Source: Candidatus Dormiibacterota bacterium | Lineage (GTDB): Bacteria; Chloroflexota; Dormibacteria; Aeolococcales; Aeolococcaceae | Direction: 5' to 3' | Assembly (NCBI GenBank): GCA_963718525.1 | Contig: OY970355.1 | Coordinates: 2,560,001-2,624,000, forward strand | DNA: 64,000 bases | Part shown: in pieces, positions 10,246 to 21,139 of the stretch | How the letters are laid out: the number at the start of each line of letters is the position of its first letter | Position numbering within the stretch: position 1 is the first letter of the stretch | Translations under genes and position numbers: made by a program | Notes under the pieces: generated by a model | The model's database searches: none | Told to the model about the DNA's origin: nothing | Seen by the model: the letters and a program-made list of their open reading frames with translations, nothing else

Positions 10246-11446
10246 CGAGATCCAGGCTGTGGCCGAGCTTCTCCTGCTTGACGCGAAGATAGCGCTCGTT
10301 GTGCGCGTTCGCCGGGATCACCAGCGGGATCTGGTCGGTGACCTCGAGACCGTAGCCGCTCAGGCCGTAATACTTCCTCGGGTTGTTGGTGAGCACGACC
10401 ATGCGCTTGACGCCGATGTCGGACAGGATCTGCGTGCCGATGCCGTAGTCCCGCTTGTCGATCGGCAGTCCGAGGCTCAGGTTCGCCTCCACCGTGTCGA
10501 GGCCGCGATCCTGCAGCGCGTAGGCGCGCAGCTTGTCCATGAGGCCGATGCCGCGGCCCTCTTGGCGCAGGTACACGAGGACCCCGCGCCCCGCGTCGGC
10601 GATCATCGCCATCGCCTTGTGCAGCTGCGCCCGGCAGTCACAGCGCTGCGAGCCGAAGACGTCGCCGGTGAGGCACTCGCTGTGCACCCGCACGAGGACG
10701 GGGTCATCGCCGCGCACGTCACCCCAGACCAGCGCGACGTGGGTGACGTGGGTGATCACGTCCTCGTACGCGTGCGCAACGACGGTCCCATACTCGGTCG
10801 GCAGCGTTGTCGTCGCGCCTCGTTCGACGAGCCGCTCGTCGCGGCGGCGGTACGCGATGATGTCGTCGACGGTCACGATCTTGATGTCGTGTTCCGCGGC
10901 GAACACATCGAGGTCGGGACGCCGGGCCATGCGGCCGTCGGCGCGCATCACCTCGCAGATGACGCCCGCCGGAAAGCGTCCCGCGAGCTTGCAGAGATCG
11001 ACAATTGCCTCGGTCTGGCCCGCACGTTCGAGCACGCCACCGACCGCCGCTCGGAGCGGAAACGTGTGACCCGGCTTGGCGAAGTCGCCCGGCTTCGCGT
11101 GTTCGTCGCAGAGCAGCCGGATCGTGGTGGCGCGATCGAACGCGCTGATGCCGGTGGTAACGCCGTGCCCGATCGCCTCGATCGTCACGGTGAATGCGGT
11201 CCCGAAGCGCGAGGTGTTGTCATCGACCATCGCCGCGACCCCGAGCTCGTCGAGACGCCACCCCTCGACCGGCACGCAGATGAGCCCGCGTCCATGCGTC
11301 GCCATGAAGTTGACCGCCTCGGGAGTGATGCGGTCGGCCGCGATCGCGAGGTCGCCTTCGTTCTCGCGGTCCTCGTCGTCGACGATGATCACGAACTTCC
11401 CCGCGCGGATATCCGCGATCGCATCCTCGACGCTCATCGCCGTCAT
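10223..11446 (-). CDS. ribBA: Bifunctional DHBP synthase / GTP cyclohydrolase II
   Basis: DDEDRENEGDL, RGLIC, RVHSECLTGD, RCDC, QEGRGIGL, TNNP. Confidence 0.96.
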   Translation of the reverse strand: MTAMSVEDAIADIRAGKFVIIVDDEDRENEGDLAIAADRITPEAVNFMATHGRGLICVPVEGWRLDELGVAAMVDDNTSRFGTAFTVTIEAIGHGVTTGISAFDRATTIRLLCDEHAKPGDFAKPGHTFPLRAAVGGVLERAGQTEAIVDLCKLAGRFPAGVICEVMRADGRMARRPDLDVFAAEHDIKIVTVDDIIAYRRRDERLVERGATTTLPTEYGTVVAHAYEDVITHVTHVALVWGDVRGDDPVLVRVHSECLTGDVFGSQRCDCRAQLHKAMAMIADAGRGVLVYLRQEGRGIGLMDKLRAYALQDRGLDTVEANLSLGLPIDKRDYGIGTQILSDIGVKRMVVLTNNPRKYYGLSGYGLEVTDQIPLVIPANAHNERYLRVKQEKLGHSLDLDDAIDTL

Positions 11447-12060
11447 CCTTCGTGCGCCGCGGTCGCAAGGACCACGCCGCGCTCCCGTGCCGACAGCGTG
11501 CGTGCAACATAACGCGCGATCAGATCGACCTCGATGTTCACCCGGGATGCTACTCGCCAGGCGCCGGCGACCGTCGCAGCGAGGGTGACCGGAATGAGCG
11601 ATACCGTGAACGCCGAGGTGAAGACGTCGACCACGGTGAGGCTGATGCCATCGACCCCGATGCAGCCTTTCTCAGCGATGAGCTCGATCAGGTCATCGGG
11701 CGTGGCGATGGTGACCCAGCGAGCATTGGCGTCCTCTCGGAGGGCGGTGATGGCCCCGGTGGCGTCGACGTGACCCGAGACCATGTGGCCACCGACCCGG
11801 TCGCCGAATCTGAGCGCCCGTTCGAGGTTGACCGTGGCGCCGCCGCTCAGGTCCCCGAGCGTGGTGCGATGCCGGGTCTCGGGCATGACATCGGCCTCGA
11901 AACCATCAGCGGACACCGAGGCAACCGTGAGGCACGCTCCGTTGACGGCAATGCTTTCACCGATCTGAAGATTGGCGAACGGGGTCCGCGGCGTGATCTC
12001 GATCCGCCCGGGCTGCCGCGACCGTAGCGTGCCGAGCGTTTCGACGATCCCACTGAACAC
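11443..12060 (-). CDS. ribE: Riboflavin synthase (alpha chain)
   Basis: (M)FSGIVE N-terminus, SIAVNGACLT, VNLERAL, GGHMVSGHVD, DGISLTV. GAGGAG RBS upstream. Confidence 0.95.
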   Translation of the reverse strand: MFSGIVETLGTLRSRQPGRIEITPRTPFANLQIGESIAVNGACLTVASVSADGFEADVMPETRHRTTLGDLSGGATVNLERALRFGDRVGGHMVSGHVDATGAITALREDANARWVTIATPDDLIELIAEKGCIGVDGISLTVVDVFTSAFTVSLIPVTLAATVAGAWRVASRVNIEVDLIARYVARTLSARERGVVLATAAHEG

Positions 12061-12079
12061 TCTGCGTGACTCCTCGATC

Positions 12080-13183
12080 TCAGCGTACACAGTATCCGGT
12101 CACCACGAGATCCGGGCCTTGTCTCGCTACCGACACGTCCCGGAGCAGCGGTGCCGCCGCGAGGCTCGGAACCCCGGTTCCCCCCACGGCGCCAGGTGAC
12201 GCGCTGCCACCGATGATCCGCGGCGCCAGCATGGCGACGACCTTGTCCACGATGGCTGCGTCGAAGGCGGATCCGAGCACGCCGGCGCCGCCCTCAATGA
12301 GCACGCTGATCACGTCACGGGATCCAAGCATCGCCATCAGCGCTCCGAGGTCGACACCACCCCGCCCCTCGTCGATCACCTCGACGTGAACCCCCGAGGC
12401 GCGCAACCGCGCGACCCGTTCTGGTCTAGCTCGGGCGGTGGTCGCGACCAGAGCGGTTCCTTCCTGCGGTTGCAGTACTCGCGCGTCCACAGGAATCCGG
12501 AGCGCGCTGTCGACGACGACACGCAGCGGGGACCGGCCGCCCTCGAAGCGTGTGGTCAGCGTCGGGTCGTCGGCCAGCACGGTGCTGATCCCCACGAGGA
12601 TCGCGTCGTGGCTGTGGCGGAGCCGGTGCGCCATCGCGCGTGACTCCGCCGATGTGATCCATTGCGATTCGCCTCCGGCTGTCGCGATCCTGCCGTCGAG
12701 GGAGGCGGCGAATTTGGCGGTGACAAAGGGGAGTCCGGTGGTCACGTGCTTGACATAGAACTCGTTGAGCCGCTCTGCGTCACTCTCGCGGGTGCCGACG
12801 TCGACGCCGATTCCAGCCGCGCGCAATGCCGCGATGCCTCGACCTGCAACCACCGGGTTGGGGTCGGTCATGGCAACAACAACGCGGCGGGGTTGCGCCG
12901 CGATCAGCGCGTCGACACATGGCGGCGTTCGACCCTGATGTGCGCAGGGCTCGAGTGTGACGTAGACGTCGGCACCCGAAGCTGCGTCTCCGACCATCCT
13001 GAGGGCCTCCACCTCAGCGTGTGGCTCGCCCGCCTTTCTGTGAAACCCGGTGGCGAGCACCTCCTCGCCCCGTGCAATGACACACCCGACCATGGGATTG
13101 GGGCTGGTGGCGAAGTCGGCGGATCTCGCTGCCGCAAGGGCAGCGTCCATCAGCGCCTCGTCGGCGCTGGAAGCGCCGGTCAC
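12080..13183 (-). CDS. ribD: Bifunctional pyrimidine deaminase / reductase
   Basis: [42 protein letters not shown]. Confidence 0.96.
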   Translation of the reverse strand: MTGASSADEALMDAALAAARSADFATSPNPMVGCVIARGEEVLATGFHRKAGEPHAEVEALRMVGDAASGADVYVTLEPCAHQGRTPPCVDALIAAQPRRVVVAMTDPNPVVAGRGIAALRAAGIGVDVGTRESDAERLNEFYVKHVTTGLPFVTAKFAASLDGRIATAGGESQWITSAESRAMAHRLRHSHDAILVGISTVLADDPTLTTRFEGGRSPLRVVVDSALRIPVDARVLQPQEGTALVATTARARPERVARLRASGVHVEVIDEGRGGVDLGALMAMLGSRDVISVLIEGGAGVLGSAFDAAIVDKVVAMLAPRIIGGSASPGAVGGTGVPSLAAAPLLRDVSVARQGPDLVVTGYCVR

Positions 13184-14286
13184 GCTCGCGCCGGCACCCG
13201 GGGCGGCGAGAGTGTGCCATCGGGACGGAGGAGCCTGCGAGCTTCAAGGTCCGCGCGGAGCTGACCGCAGGCTGCGTCCGCATCGCCGCCCCGAGTGTCC
13301 CGAACGGTGACCCGAGCGCCCCGGAGCACGCCGAGGAAACGACGCGCGACGGCAGGCTCGGGCGGCCCCCACGAGCTCCCATCGATCCGGTTCATCGGGA
13401 TGACGTTGATGTGCGCCTGGGCACGCCGCGCCAGGTCACGAAGACCCTCGGCCTGCTCGATGGAATCATTGACCCCGCCGATCAGGCACCACTCGAAGCT
13501 GACGCGCCGCCCGCTCTGCTCCGCGTATCGCGATGCCGCGTCGAGCACCATCCCGAGTGGATACGTCCTGTTGATGGGCACCAGTCGATCGCGAAGCGCG
13601 TCCGTCGCCGCGTGCAGCGACACGGCGAGGGTCACCGGCATGCGTGATGCGGCGACCTGCACGATCCCTGGGACGACCCCGCTCGTTGAGACGGTGATCC
13701 GTCGCGCGCTCAACCCCGCGTCGCCGGTGAGCACACGCAGCGACTCGAGCGTGGCGGCAACGTTGGCGAGGGGCTCCCCCATCCCCATGTACACGATGTG
13801 GGTGACTGGACCCAGTCCGCGCCGGTGCAACGCGCTCGAGGCAGCCCGAACCTGGTCGACGATCTCGGCCGGCGTGCAGTTGCGCCGAAGCCCCATGTGC
13901 CCGGTGGCGCAGAACGGACAGCCCACTGCGCATCCCACCTGACTGCTGACGCAGACGGTCGAGCGCCGGCGGGAATCCGATCGCGCTGGGGTCTCCATGG
14001 CGACCGTCTCGATGGTCTGTCCGTCCGCGAGGCGGCAGAGCAGCTTGATCGTGTTCCCGGCGTCCGCGACCACCTCACTGTCGATCGCCACTGTCGAAAA
14101 AGCGAATTCGGACGCCAGATCGTGACGCAGGGTCGCCGGGAGCTGGCGCATCGCTTCGAAGTCGTCCACGTACGGCTGCCAGATGGCGGCCTGAATCTGC
14201 CGGGCACGCCAGGCGGGCTCTCCCAGGTGGGCAAGCGCGTCCACCACCGCAGACTCGCCGGCGGTGCTCAGGGCTCGATTGGGCAT
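13180..14286 (-). CDS. rlmN: 23S rRNA m2A2503 / tRNA methyltransferase (radical SAM)
   Basis: [42 protein letters not shown]. Confidence 0.93.
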   Translation of the reverse strand: MPNRALSTAGESAVVDALAHLGEPAWRARQIQAAIWQPYVDDFEAMRQLPATLRHDLASEFAFSTVAIDSEVVADAGNTIKLLCRLADGQTIETVAMETPARSDSRRRSTVCVSSQVGCAVGCPFCATGHMGLRRNCTPAEIVDQVRAASSALHRRGLGPVTHIVYMGMGEPLANVAATLESLRVLTGDAGLSARRITVSTSGVVPGIVQVAASRMPVTLAVSLHAATDALRDRLVPINRTYPLGMVLDAASRYAEQSGRRVSFEWCLIGGVNDSIEQAEGLRDLARRAQAHINVIPMNRIDGSSWGPPEPAVARRFLGVLRGARVTVRDTRGGDADAACGQLRADLEARRLLRPDGTLSPPRVPARA

Positions 14287-14341
14287 CGTTCCATGGTACG
14301 GGCGAGCACGTCGGCGGCCGACGACCCCGTAGGCTGCCCGC

Positions 14342-14557
14342 ATGAACGGGGTGCTCGCCGCTTTCATCGGTGTGCCTGCGACCGCGCTCGTCGCCGGTGG
14401 GCTCGGCATCATCGGGCTGGCGATCTACGCTCGTGTAATCGGCACCCGCCGAGGCAGGCGTCCCATCCACTGGGGACACGTGGCGCTCGGGACGGCCATG
14501 TTCGCTGCGGGTGTCGTCCTCCTCTGGGTCGAGGTGCTCACGTTCGGTGCGGGCTGA
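14342..14557 (+). CDS. Small two-TM membrane protein
   Basis: 71 aa with two hydrophobic segments; fills the gap between rlmN and folE. Confidence 0.6.
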   Translation: MNGVLAAFIGVPATALVAGGLGIIGLAIYARVIGTRRGRRPIHWGHVALGTAMFAAGVVLLWVEVLTFGAG

Positions 14558-14563
14558 GCTTTC

Positions 14564-15139
14564 CTAGCGGTGTCCGATCAGGCTGAGGAACTCGTTGCGC
14601 GACTTATCGTCCTCGCGGAAGCAGCCGGTCAGCGACGATGTCACTGCCGAGCTGTTCTGCTTCTCCACCCCGCGCATGGCCATGCACAGGTGCGTCGCTT
14701 CGATCACCACGCCAACCCCCTGCGGCTCGACAACCGTCTGCAGCGCGTCGGCGATCTCGGTGGTGAGGCGTTCCTGCACCTGCAGGCGGCGGGCGAACAT
14801 ATCCACGATTCGCGGGATCTTGCTGAGCCCGAGGATGCGTCCATCGGGAACGTACGCGACGTGCGCTTTGCCGAAGAACGGCAGCAGGTGATGCTCGCAG
14901 AGGCTGTAGACCTCGATATCTCTGACCACCACCATCTCGGAGTACGGCTCCTCGAAGATCGCGCCGTTGACGAGACCATCCAGGGTGAGGGCATAGCCGC
15001 TCAGGAGAAAACGGAGGCTGCGGGCGACCCTCGAGGGTGTCTGCACCAGACCTGCGCGGGTCGGATCCTCGCCGATCGCGTCGAGGATCGACCGCATCAG
15101 TGGGGCGATCGGGTCGGGGCTTGCAGAGTTTGCGGTCAC
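14564..15139 (-). CDS. folE: GTP cyclohydrolase I
   Basis: TPx[40 protein letters not shown]. Confidence 0.96.
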   Translation of the reverse strand: MTANSASPDPIAPLMRSILDAIGEDPTRAGLVQTPSRVARSLRFLLSGYALTLDGLVNGAIFEEPYSEMVVVRDIEVYSLCEHHLLPFFGKAHVAYVPDGRILGLSKIPRIVDMFARRLQVQERLTTEIADALQTVVEPQGVGVVIEATHLCMAMRGVEKQNSSAVTSSLTGCFREDDKSRNEFLSLIGHR

Positions 15140-15149
15140 AACCGGAGGA

Positions 15150-15749
15150 TCATGACTTTCGCGGTTGGGATGACGCCTCAGCCGGGGGACTCGGGGTCGG
15201 TGCTGCAGGGGCTTGCGGAGTTGCTGGGACGTCTATGGTCGCGGCCCCGACGGTCACCAGGAGGTCCCAGGAATTGCGGAGCGCACCGACGAGGAGGACC
15301 ACCGATATCCCGACGAGCCAGCTGAAACCGGCCCGATATTGGCCGCTCACGAGGATTGCGCCCCCCGAAATGACGGCAGCAAAGCTCAACGTGGTCACGC
15401 CGAATCGGAGCATGAGGTGCGGGAAGCTGAGCGCGCGGTGGCTGCTCCGGATGCCGGCCAGAAGCGGGCGAACGAGGAGCACGAATCCGAAGATGCCGAC
15501 GCCGGTGACATCCCAGCCTGTCGAGGATGGATCGTTCGCCTCGGGAATCACCATGAAGAGGCTGAGCACCAGCGTGACACCCAGACCGGTGAGCGTGACC
15601 CGCGCGAGCGCTTTGACATCCTCGTGGGTGACCACGATTCGGAGGTGGAGGGACAGACCGACGAACAGGAGCCCGACAAGGCTGGCCGCAGCCGTTCCGG
15701 TGATCGAATAGAAGTCGTGCCAGCTCTGGAGCGTGGTCTGGAAATCCAT
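15150..15749 (-). CDS. Conserved multi-TM membrane protein
   Basis: [25 protein letters not shown]-terminus, about five TM segments, NSWDLL near the C-terminus. Confidence 0.7.
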   Translation of the reverse strand: MDFQTTLQSWHDFYSITGTAAASLVGLLFVGLSLHLRIVVTHEDVKALARVTLTGLGVTLVLSLFMVIPEANDPSSTGWDVTGVGIFGFVLLVRPLLAGIRSSHRALSFPHLMLRFGVTTLSFAAVISGGAILVSGQYRAGFSWLVGISVVLLVGALRNSWDLLVTVGAATIDVPATPQAPAAPTPSPPAEASSQPRKS

Positions 15750-15806
15750 GTGCGGGGAGTTTGACCTGCGCGTCCGGCGGTGTGGGACCTATCGTGACGG
15801 CGGCAG

Positions 15807-16463
15807 TCAGGCCGTCGGTGGCGGCGGCGGGACTGGCATCGTCGAATCGAGCGCGGCGAGATCCGCCCTCAATCCCTCGGTCATCGCCTCGACGGTGCCG
15901 CGGTAGTGCGCGATTGCCAGGTCCAGGCGGAAATCGAACCAGTCCGACAGCGCTGCTCCGTAGTGGATGCATGTCGGTTTCTGGCGGTTCGACACTGAAA
16001 AGACCGTCTGTCCAGCCGCGTCGTCGTGCTGGAAGCCGACGAGCTTGTCGTACAGACACTCTCGGGTCTGCTTGCCCCCCTGGAACACCATGCGCTTGTT
16101 GGTGATAAACGCGGTGCCCACGTCGATCGCGGTCGGCGTCGGCGCACCCTGCTGGAAATGCCCTCGTGAACTGCCCACCCGGTACCTGATGGAGCGTCCA
16201 TGGATGCTCGCGACGGGTATGGAAAAGCCCTGGGATCGGCCCTTCCATTCACCGGCTCCGCGCCGATCCTCGACGAGTGCGACATTGGTGACCGCGGCGA
16301 ACACCGCCTCCCCGGGTTTGAGCAAGATGTCCGTGGATGTGTCGCCGGCGTAGGTATTCGCCAGGTTCAGGAGGGTCGCGTACGCGTCGCGCTGCGTCTG
16401 CCATGCGGCCAGGTTCGTCTGATACTCCTGGTACGCCTTCTTCTCTTGATGGTGTCTGAACAC
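15807..16463 (-). CDS. Hypothetical protein (possible PH-like domain)
   Basis: GxSxGFSI...RYRVGSSRG...DVGTAFITNKRMVF pattern and coding-like composition. Confidence 0.65.
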   Translation of the reverse strand: MFRHHQEKKAYQEYQTNLAAWQTQRDAYATLLNLANTYAGDTSTDILLKPGEAVFAAVTNVALVEDRRGAGEWKGRSQGFSIPVASIHGRSIRYRVGSSRGHFQQGAPTPTAIDVGTAFITNKRMVFQGGKQTRECLYDKLVGFQHDDAAGQTVFSVSNRQKPTCIHYGAALSDWFDFRLDLAIAHYRGTVEAMTEGLRADLAALDSTMPVPPPPPTA

Positions 16464-16737
16464 GTTGCGACCCTTGGTGCGACTGGCCGAACCGATGTGG
16501 AAGGGGGTTTCGACAGGAGCGCTCGCGTCATCGAAGCACCCGATCTAGGTCACCGGGCACCGCGAGGATCATAACGAAGGTCGATCGGAACTCCCACTCA
16601 CCGAACCCACTCCTCACCGCCGCGTGCAGACGCTCACGGCTCTGCAATTGATCCAGGTCTCCGGTCTCTCGCCGTCGACGGGTCTGCGGGTTCAGTACAG
16701 GCGCCACCGTGGTTCAACACCGCGGATTTGGCTGAGT

Positions 16738-16968
16738 TCAGGTGGCGACGGTGTCGCGTGGCATGGCTGCAAGGCCCGCGGTGAGCACGGCGATGGAAAC
16801 CATGATCAGCGGCCAGTACGCGCCAATCGTCGTTTCGAGGTCCTGTGCAGCCTCGTGCGGTCCGCGAGCCAGGCCGATGAGGACTGCGATCGAGACGGCG
16901 GCAATGAGCAGGATCGTCACGGCGATGACGAATGAAAAGAACACCCGGCTGATGACTCGTCGCGTCAC
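16738..16968 (-). CDS. Small two-TM membrane protein
   Basis: 76 aa with two strongly hydrophobic segments. Confidence 0.5.
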   Translation of the reverse strand: MTRRVISRVFFSFVIAVTILLIAAVSIAVLIGLARGPHEAAQDLETTIGAYWPLIMVSIAVLTAGLAAMPRDTVAT

Positions 16969-17049
16969 GACCGCTGAGGTTACACCACCTGTCTGGGCGT
17001 TGCAGGTCGCCTGGCGTGACTTCCGACCCCGAGCCCGGGACCCAAAACT

Positions 17050-17157
17050 AGACCCTTATCTGCCCCTTCAAGGAGTCATTTCGGGGTCATTCCAGGGCAC
17101 TCCTGACCACCACGTATCAAGTAGGCCCGGTCAGGTGGTGCCGAGGAAGGGACTCGA
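17050..17157. repeat. att-like copy of the tRNA-Leu 3' end (22 bp, 17136-17157) with an 85-bp flank homologous to 22010-22099
   Basis: TGGTGCCGAGGAAGGGACTCGA is identical to the tRNA end. The flank GACCCTTATC...CCCCTTCAAGG...GTCATTTC.GGGTCATTCCAGGGC.CTCCTGACCACC matches the sequence beside the tRNA. Confidence 0.88.
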
Positions 17158-17425
17158 CGATGCGGACTGCACGAGGGTGCACGGCCATGCTCGTGAATAC
17201 GACGCGGCAATCGTTCGCACGCATTTGACTGCATCGGAGTGCATAGGGGTGCACTGGTGTTGGGGTCACGGTTGGGGTCAGCTGAGCTCAGCATCCTTGC
17301 GCCGCAAAACCGCGTCGTCCGTTGATGCGTCAGCATGGGTCCGAGCCTGAACGCCGCGAAAGTCCTGCCTTAATGTCGGTAAGGGGGCTGACTCGGCGCC
17401 GAGTTAGGCCGATACGGTTACCCCG

Positions 17426-18119
17426 TTACTGACCGACGGTTTGCGCCAGCAGTGTGCGGCGATTGCTCGTCCTGGTCTTGATGAAGATCGACTTGAGGTG
17501 GTCTTGCACCGTGTTCTCGGACAGGTGCATCTCCTGAGCGACACGTCGCGTGTCGGCGCCCGCGATGAGATGGGCGAACAGCTCCATCTCGCGAGCGCTG
17601 AGGGCATACGCCCGCCCAAACAGGCTCATCCGCTCCGTCGGCGTCGCTGCCTCGATCGTGACGGCGATGTCCTGCCCGGCCGTCGGAGCCGGCGTCACGA
17701 TGCGGGCTGCACGGAGCGTGAGCCAGATCCCGGCCGAGAGGTGGACGCGGGCCGTCGGCTGGTGGTCGTCGACGCCGGCCTCGACGGCTAGCAACTGCGC
17801 GCCAACGTTGTAGGCGCCCGCCGGGATCGGCCGGCGATCCGGGTCGGGTGGTACCAGCAGCTTCAGGTACTCCTCGGTCTCGACGGTCTGCGCGCGAACC
17901 TCGAGATCCGGCGACAGCACGAGCACCACCGGTCCCGACCGACGGGTCGAGGCCGGTCCAGCGATTGACCGGGGTCAGATATTTGAGCCGGATAAGGCGC
18001 GGGAGCTCGGGTAGGCAGGGCACATCCGCGAGCGGAGCCGATCCGACCTCTGTTTCCGGTTCCGTGAGGAGCCAGGCATATGCGTCGAACCCGACGGCGC
18101 GGCGGATCTCGTCGAGCAC
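17426..18119 (-). pseudogene. LuxR-type HTH regulator with N-terminal sensor domain, broken by a frameshift and apparent internal deletion near 17935
   Basis: N-part LDEIRRAVGFDAYAWLLTEPET...RWT is in one frame. C-part VLVLSPDL...LSAREMELF...HLSENTVQDHLKSIF is in another. Confidence 0.75.
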
Positions 18120-18436
18120 GGCGAGCCGGAGCGAATTGGCATCCCCGGTTGTACGCCCACCATGTCGCGCCCGAAGGTCCCCGGCCGGTCCTCACAGACT
18201 GCCACCCCAGGGCAGGACGACGCACTGCGAAGCCGGCCGAAGTCTGTCCGCTAGCGGACCGAACCTCGTGATCCCGCGAACGTACAGTGTGGTCTGCAAC
18301 GGGGCGGCGCGAAAGGGCGAGCACCCCGACCCTCGAGGCCGGTCCTGCGAGCGGTTTAGTCGGTCGAGGCAATCGTCCGAACTCTCGTCGGCATTCCTCG
18401 AGACATTCAGGATGGCGACCTTAGGGAGTGTTCACC

Positions 18437-19576
18437 ATGGACAAGGGTTTCCGTGTGTTCCTTGGCAGCCTGAGCGCTGCGACCCTCCTCGTGCTCGCGA
18501 CCATCCCGGCTGGCGCGGCAGGGAAGCTGCCCTGGACCCCGATCGCCGCTGACGGCACCTCGGTGTATGAATGGGGGCAGCCGGTCGCGCCGGGTGGCCC
18601 GGGGCTCGTGCCCACCGCGGTGCAGGCGGCCGCGCCCCAGATCGACGCCGGCAACAAGGGTGACGTTCTCGTCGACACCGGCGACCACGTTTGGGCCTGG
18701 GGTGGGACGTCGATGGTGCTCAGAGAGGAGCCGGGTGTTGAGGATGTAGTCGGCCGGCCCGTGGATGGCAACGGCAGCTTCTCCGTCATCGAGGCGCCAG
18801 GGCTCGATTCGTCCTGCCCCGCGTCGACGACGGTGGTCAATTGGTCGCCGCGCAAAGCGCCATTCGTGGTCTTGGGGCTCAACTGCCGCAACGTCGTCCA
18901 ACTCGCGAAAGCGGCGTCGTACTCAATAGCGCTCGCCGAGGATGGTGAGGTCTACGTTTGGGGCGGGAGCGACACCGGAGGGCTCGGGCTTGGGCCCACG
19001 ATCACCAAGGAGCTCAATCCGACCCTCAACCCATACCTCAGCGCGCTCACCGGCGGGACCGCGACGGGCGTCGAGATCACCGCGGGGATGAGCGGCGGGG
19101 GCCTTCTCGTCAACGGCCGTGCGTACGCCTGGGGCGGCGACAATCACGGGCAGTGCGGCTGCGGCTCGACCGCGAGTGTTATCCCGTACCCGACCGCGGT
19201 CAGCCAGGGAGGCGTTGCCTTCACCTGGATCGACGAGGGCGGCGACCTCTCCGGCAACGGACACTTCTTGGCCGAGGACACGAACGGCCAGATATGGGCC
19301 TGGGGGGACAACAAGCAGGGGCAGCTCGGCGACGGGGCAAAGGTCGACTCGAACGTCCCGGTCGAGGTGCTCGGCCTCCCCGGAGATATCGTCGACTTGC
19401 GCGCCGGCGGGCAGCACTCGATGGCGCTCGACGCCGCGGGTGACGTCTATACCTGGGGATCGAACAGATACGGGCAGCTCGGGGATGGAACCACAATCAA
19501 TGCGACCTTGCCCGAGCTGGTGATGACGGGCGCGAGCATGATCTCGGCAGGTGCGCAGCACTCGATCGCGCAATAG
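18437..19576 (+). CDS. Secreted RCC1/BLIP-II-like beta-propeller repeat protein
   Basis: Signal peptide; repeats GxVYxWGxNxxGQLGDG and AGxxHSxA. Confidence 0.85.
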   Translation: MDKGFRVFLGSLSAATLLVLATIPAGAAGKLPWTPIAADGTSVYEWGQPVAPGGPGLVPTAVQAAAPQIDAGNKGDVLVDTGDHVWAWGGTSMVLREEPGVEDVVGRPVDGNGSFSVIEAPGLDSSCPASTTVVNWSPRKAPFVVLGLNCRNVVQLAKAASYSIALAEDGEVYVWGGSDTGGLGLGPTITKELNPTLNPYLSALTGGTATGVEITAGMSGGGLLVNGRAYAWGGDNHGQCGCGSTASVIPYPTAVSQGGVAFTWIDEGGDLSGNGHFLAEDTNGQIWAWGDNKQGQLGDGAKVDSNVPVEVLGLPGDIVDLRAGGQHSMALDAAGDVYTWGSNRYGQLGDGTTINATLPELVMTGASMISAGAQHSIAQ

Positions 19577-19699
19577 TCAGGCGTTCGCGCCACCACTGAA
19601 GAAGCGGACCGCGCCATCGCTGCCGGTTCTTCCGTCACCACGTGCGCGGCTGGAGCCATCCCTCATCCTCGAGCGGACGCACATTTTCACAAAGGCGGC

Positions 19700-19845
19700 T
19701 TACTGCCAAGACGTCAAGGTAATCAGCCTGGACGGCAATGTCTTCACCCGCCCGGATGGGCGCACCCTCGCCGTGCCAACCGTTTACAACCGCTGGCGCC
19801 GGATGCTGGAAGGGGCCCTGGACGCCATGCTCCGCGCCCTTGAAG
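19700..19845 (+). pseudogene. Tyrosine integrase remnant, paralog of 21140-21800
   Basis: VISLDGNVFTRPDGRTLAVPTVYNRWRRML aligns to VVSLDGRVFARPDGRTLAVQAVYNGWHRLL, then jumps to LDAMLR (compare LDALLR). The HxxR/Y region is deleted. Confidence 0.8.
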
Positions 19846-19901
19846 TGGTCAGGTCGGTGGTCAAAACTGAGGTGCAAGGGCCGAAATCGAATACAGATGA
19901 G

Positions 19902-19929
19902 TGGTGCCGAGGAAGGGACTCGAACCCTT
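19902..19929. repeat. att-like 28-bp copy of the tRNA-Leu 3' end
   Basis: TGGTGCCGAGGAAGGGACTCGAACCCTT is identical to 22100-22127. Confidence 0.92.
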
Positions 19930-20267
19930 CCCATTCGCTCCGATTTCGTATTCAAAACAGCGGGATTCAGACGGTTTTGACCCCTTATCTGACCCCTTCA
20001 GGCGCCGAAACCTGTTTACGGGTTGTGCCGGATGATGTCGTGGTTGCAGTGACGGCGCAGCACGATATGAGGTGGCCCCGCGGACACCGAATATCTACTG
20101 CCACCGTCACCTGGTACGCCTCGAGCGTTACGAGGACCCTCTCGGCCGCCGATCGCTTCTCCAGGAGCAGCACGGCAACGTGGAGTGCTATCAACGGAGC
20201 CAGTGCCGATGCCGCCGGTGTCGAGCCGCGAACACCGACTATCTCCGGCAACTCCGAGAGCGGCAAC

Positions 20268-20298
20268 GAAAGAAGCCCCCGGCGCGAGGCCAGGGGCT
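20268..20298 (-). terminator. Rho-independent terminator downstream of 20335-21006
   Basis: GCCCCTGG-7 nt-CCGGGGGC hairpin followed by TTCTTTC on the minus strand. Confidence 0.65.
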
Positions 20299-20334
20299 CC
20301 AGTCATGACCTGTTAACCGCAGACGTCTGCGACA

Positions 20335-21006
20335 TTAGCATCCAAGGTAATCCTCGAGGGTATAGACGTGGCCCGAGGTTATATAGATGTAACCGTCGTA
20401 ATCTACATACCGGGTGTGTGCCGCGCCGCCCCCGCCAGGATGTCCCCAGCCATCGCTGAGCACTAAACCGCAGACGTCATTGGAATGAAAGTTGAGATCT
20501 ATGATCGGGCTAACAAAGTTTCCCGAACTTGCGGTGCCTGGGGGGCCGCCGCCTGTATTCAAGTAGCTCCAGCCGCCGCGGTCCGTCGGCGGGTCGAAAT
20601 AAGACATCCAAGCATATTGGTACGTGAAGTACTGATCCTGATATGTGGTATCAGTGAACCACGCCTGGAGGCTAAGTGAGACATCAGGGTTATTTGGCCC
20701 GTCCCTCAGCAGCGTGCCATTGACGGTATACCAGGAAATCTCCACCTCCGTATCGCCATAGTGGTGATTCGCCCACGCCGTGCAACCCACGGAGCCGGCT
20801 CCGCGTATCGACCAAATGCTGAGTGTCTCATTGACCCAGTCATGGTCGTTGGCGAGATAAACAACGTTACCCAAAGGATCTTGAAAGACGGAGTAGTAGC
20901 AAGGGTTCGAAGCGCGTGCGACCTTCGTACCCCCGAACCCTACTGCCGACACGACGGCGAGTAGCGCCGCCACGCCAAGTATGAGCGGCTTGCGCATCTG
21001 TTCCAC
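20335..21006 (-). CDS. Secreted hypothetical protein, lower GC and Tyr/Trp-rich
   Basis: Signal peptide (KPLILGVAALLAVVSA...ARA), GGAGG RBS, downstream terminator. Confidence 0.7.
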   Translation of the reverse strand: MEQMRKPLILGVAALLAVVSAVGFGGTKVARASNPCYYSVFQDPLGNVVYLANDHDWVNETLSIWSIRGAGSVGCTAWANHHYGDTEVEISWYTVNGTLLRDGPNNPDVSLSLQAWFTDTTYQDQYFTYQYAWMSYFDPPTDRGGWSYLNTGGGPPGTASSGNFVSPIIDLNFHSNDVCGLVLSDGWGHPGGGGAAHTRYVDYDGYIYITSGHVYTLEDYLGC

Positions 21007-21139
21007 CTCCAGGGTGGGCCCTCCCGCGGGGGCCCTCGCATGCAGCCTACGCGTCCTGTCAGCACATTCCTAGAGCCGTTTGGCTTAGGTCATCATGTCA
21101 TACGGGCTAGATTGACTCCTCGTTAGAAGACCCCGAACG

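Noticed and set aside
13183-14560. FMN or cobalamin riboswitch for the rib/btuF-like operon
   Set aside because: No intergenic leader before ribD and no recognisable consensus.
17136-19929. Additional tRNA genes at 17136 and 19902
   Set aside because: Only the 3' 22-28 nt are present, with no D or anticodon arms, so these are att copies.
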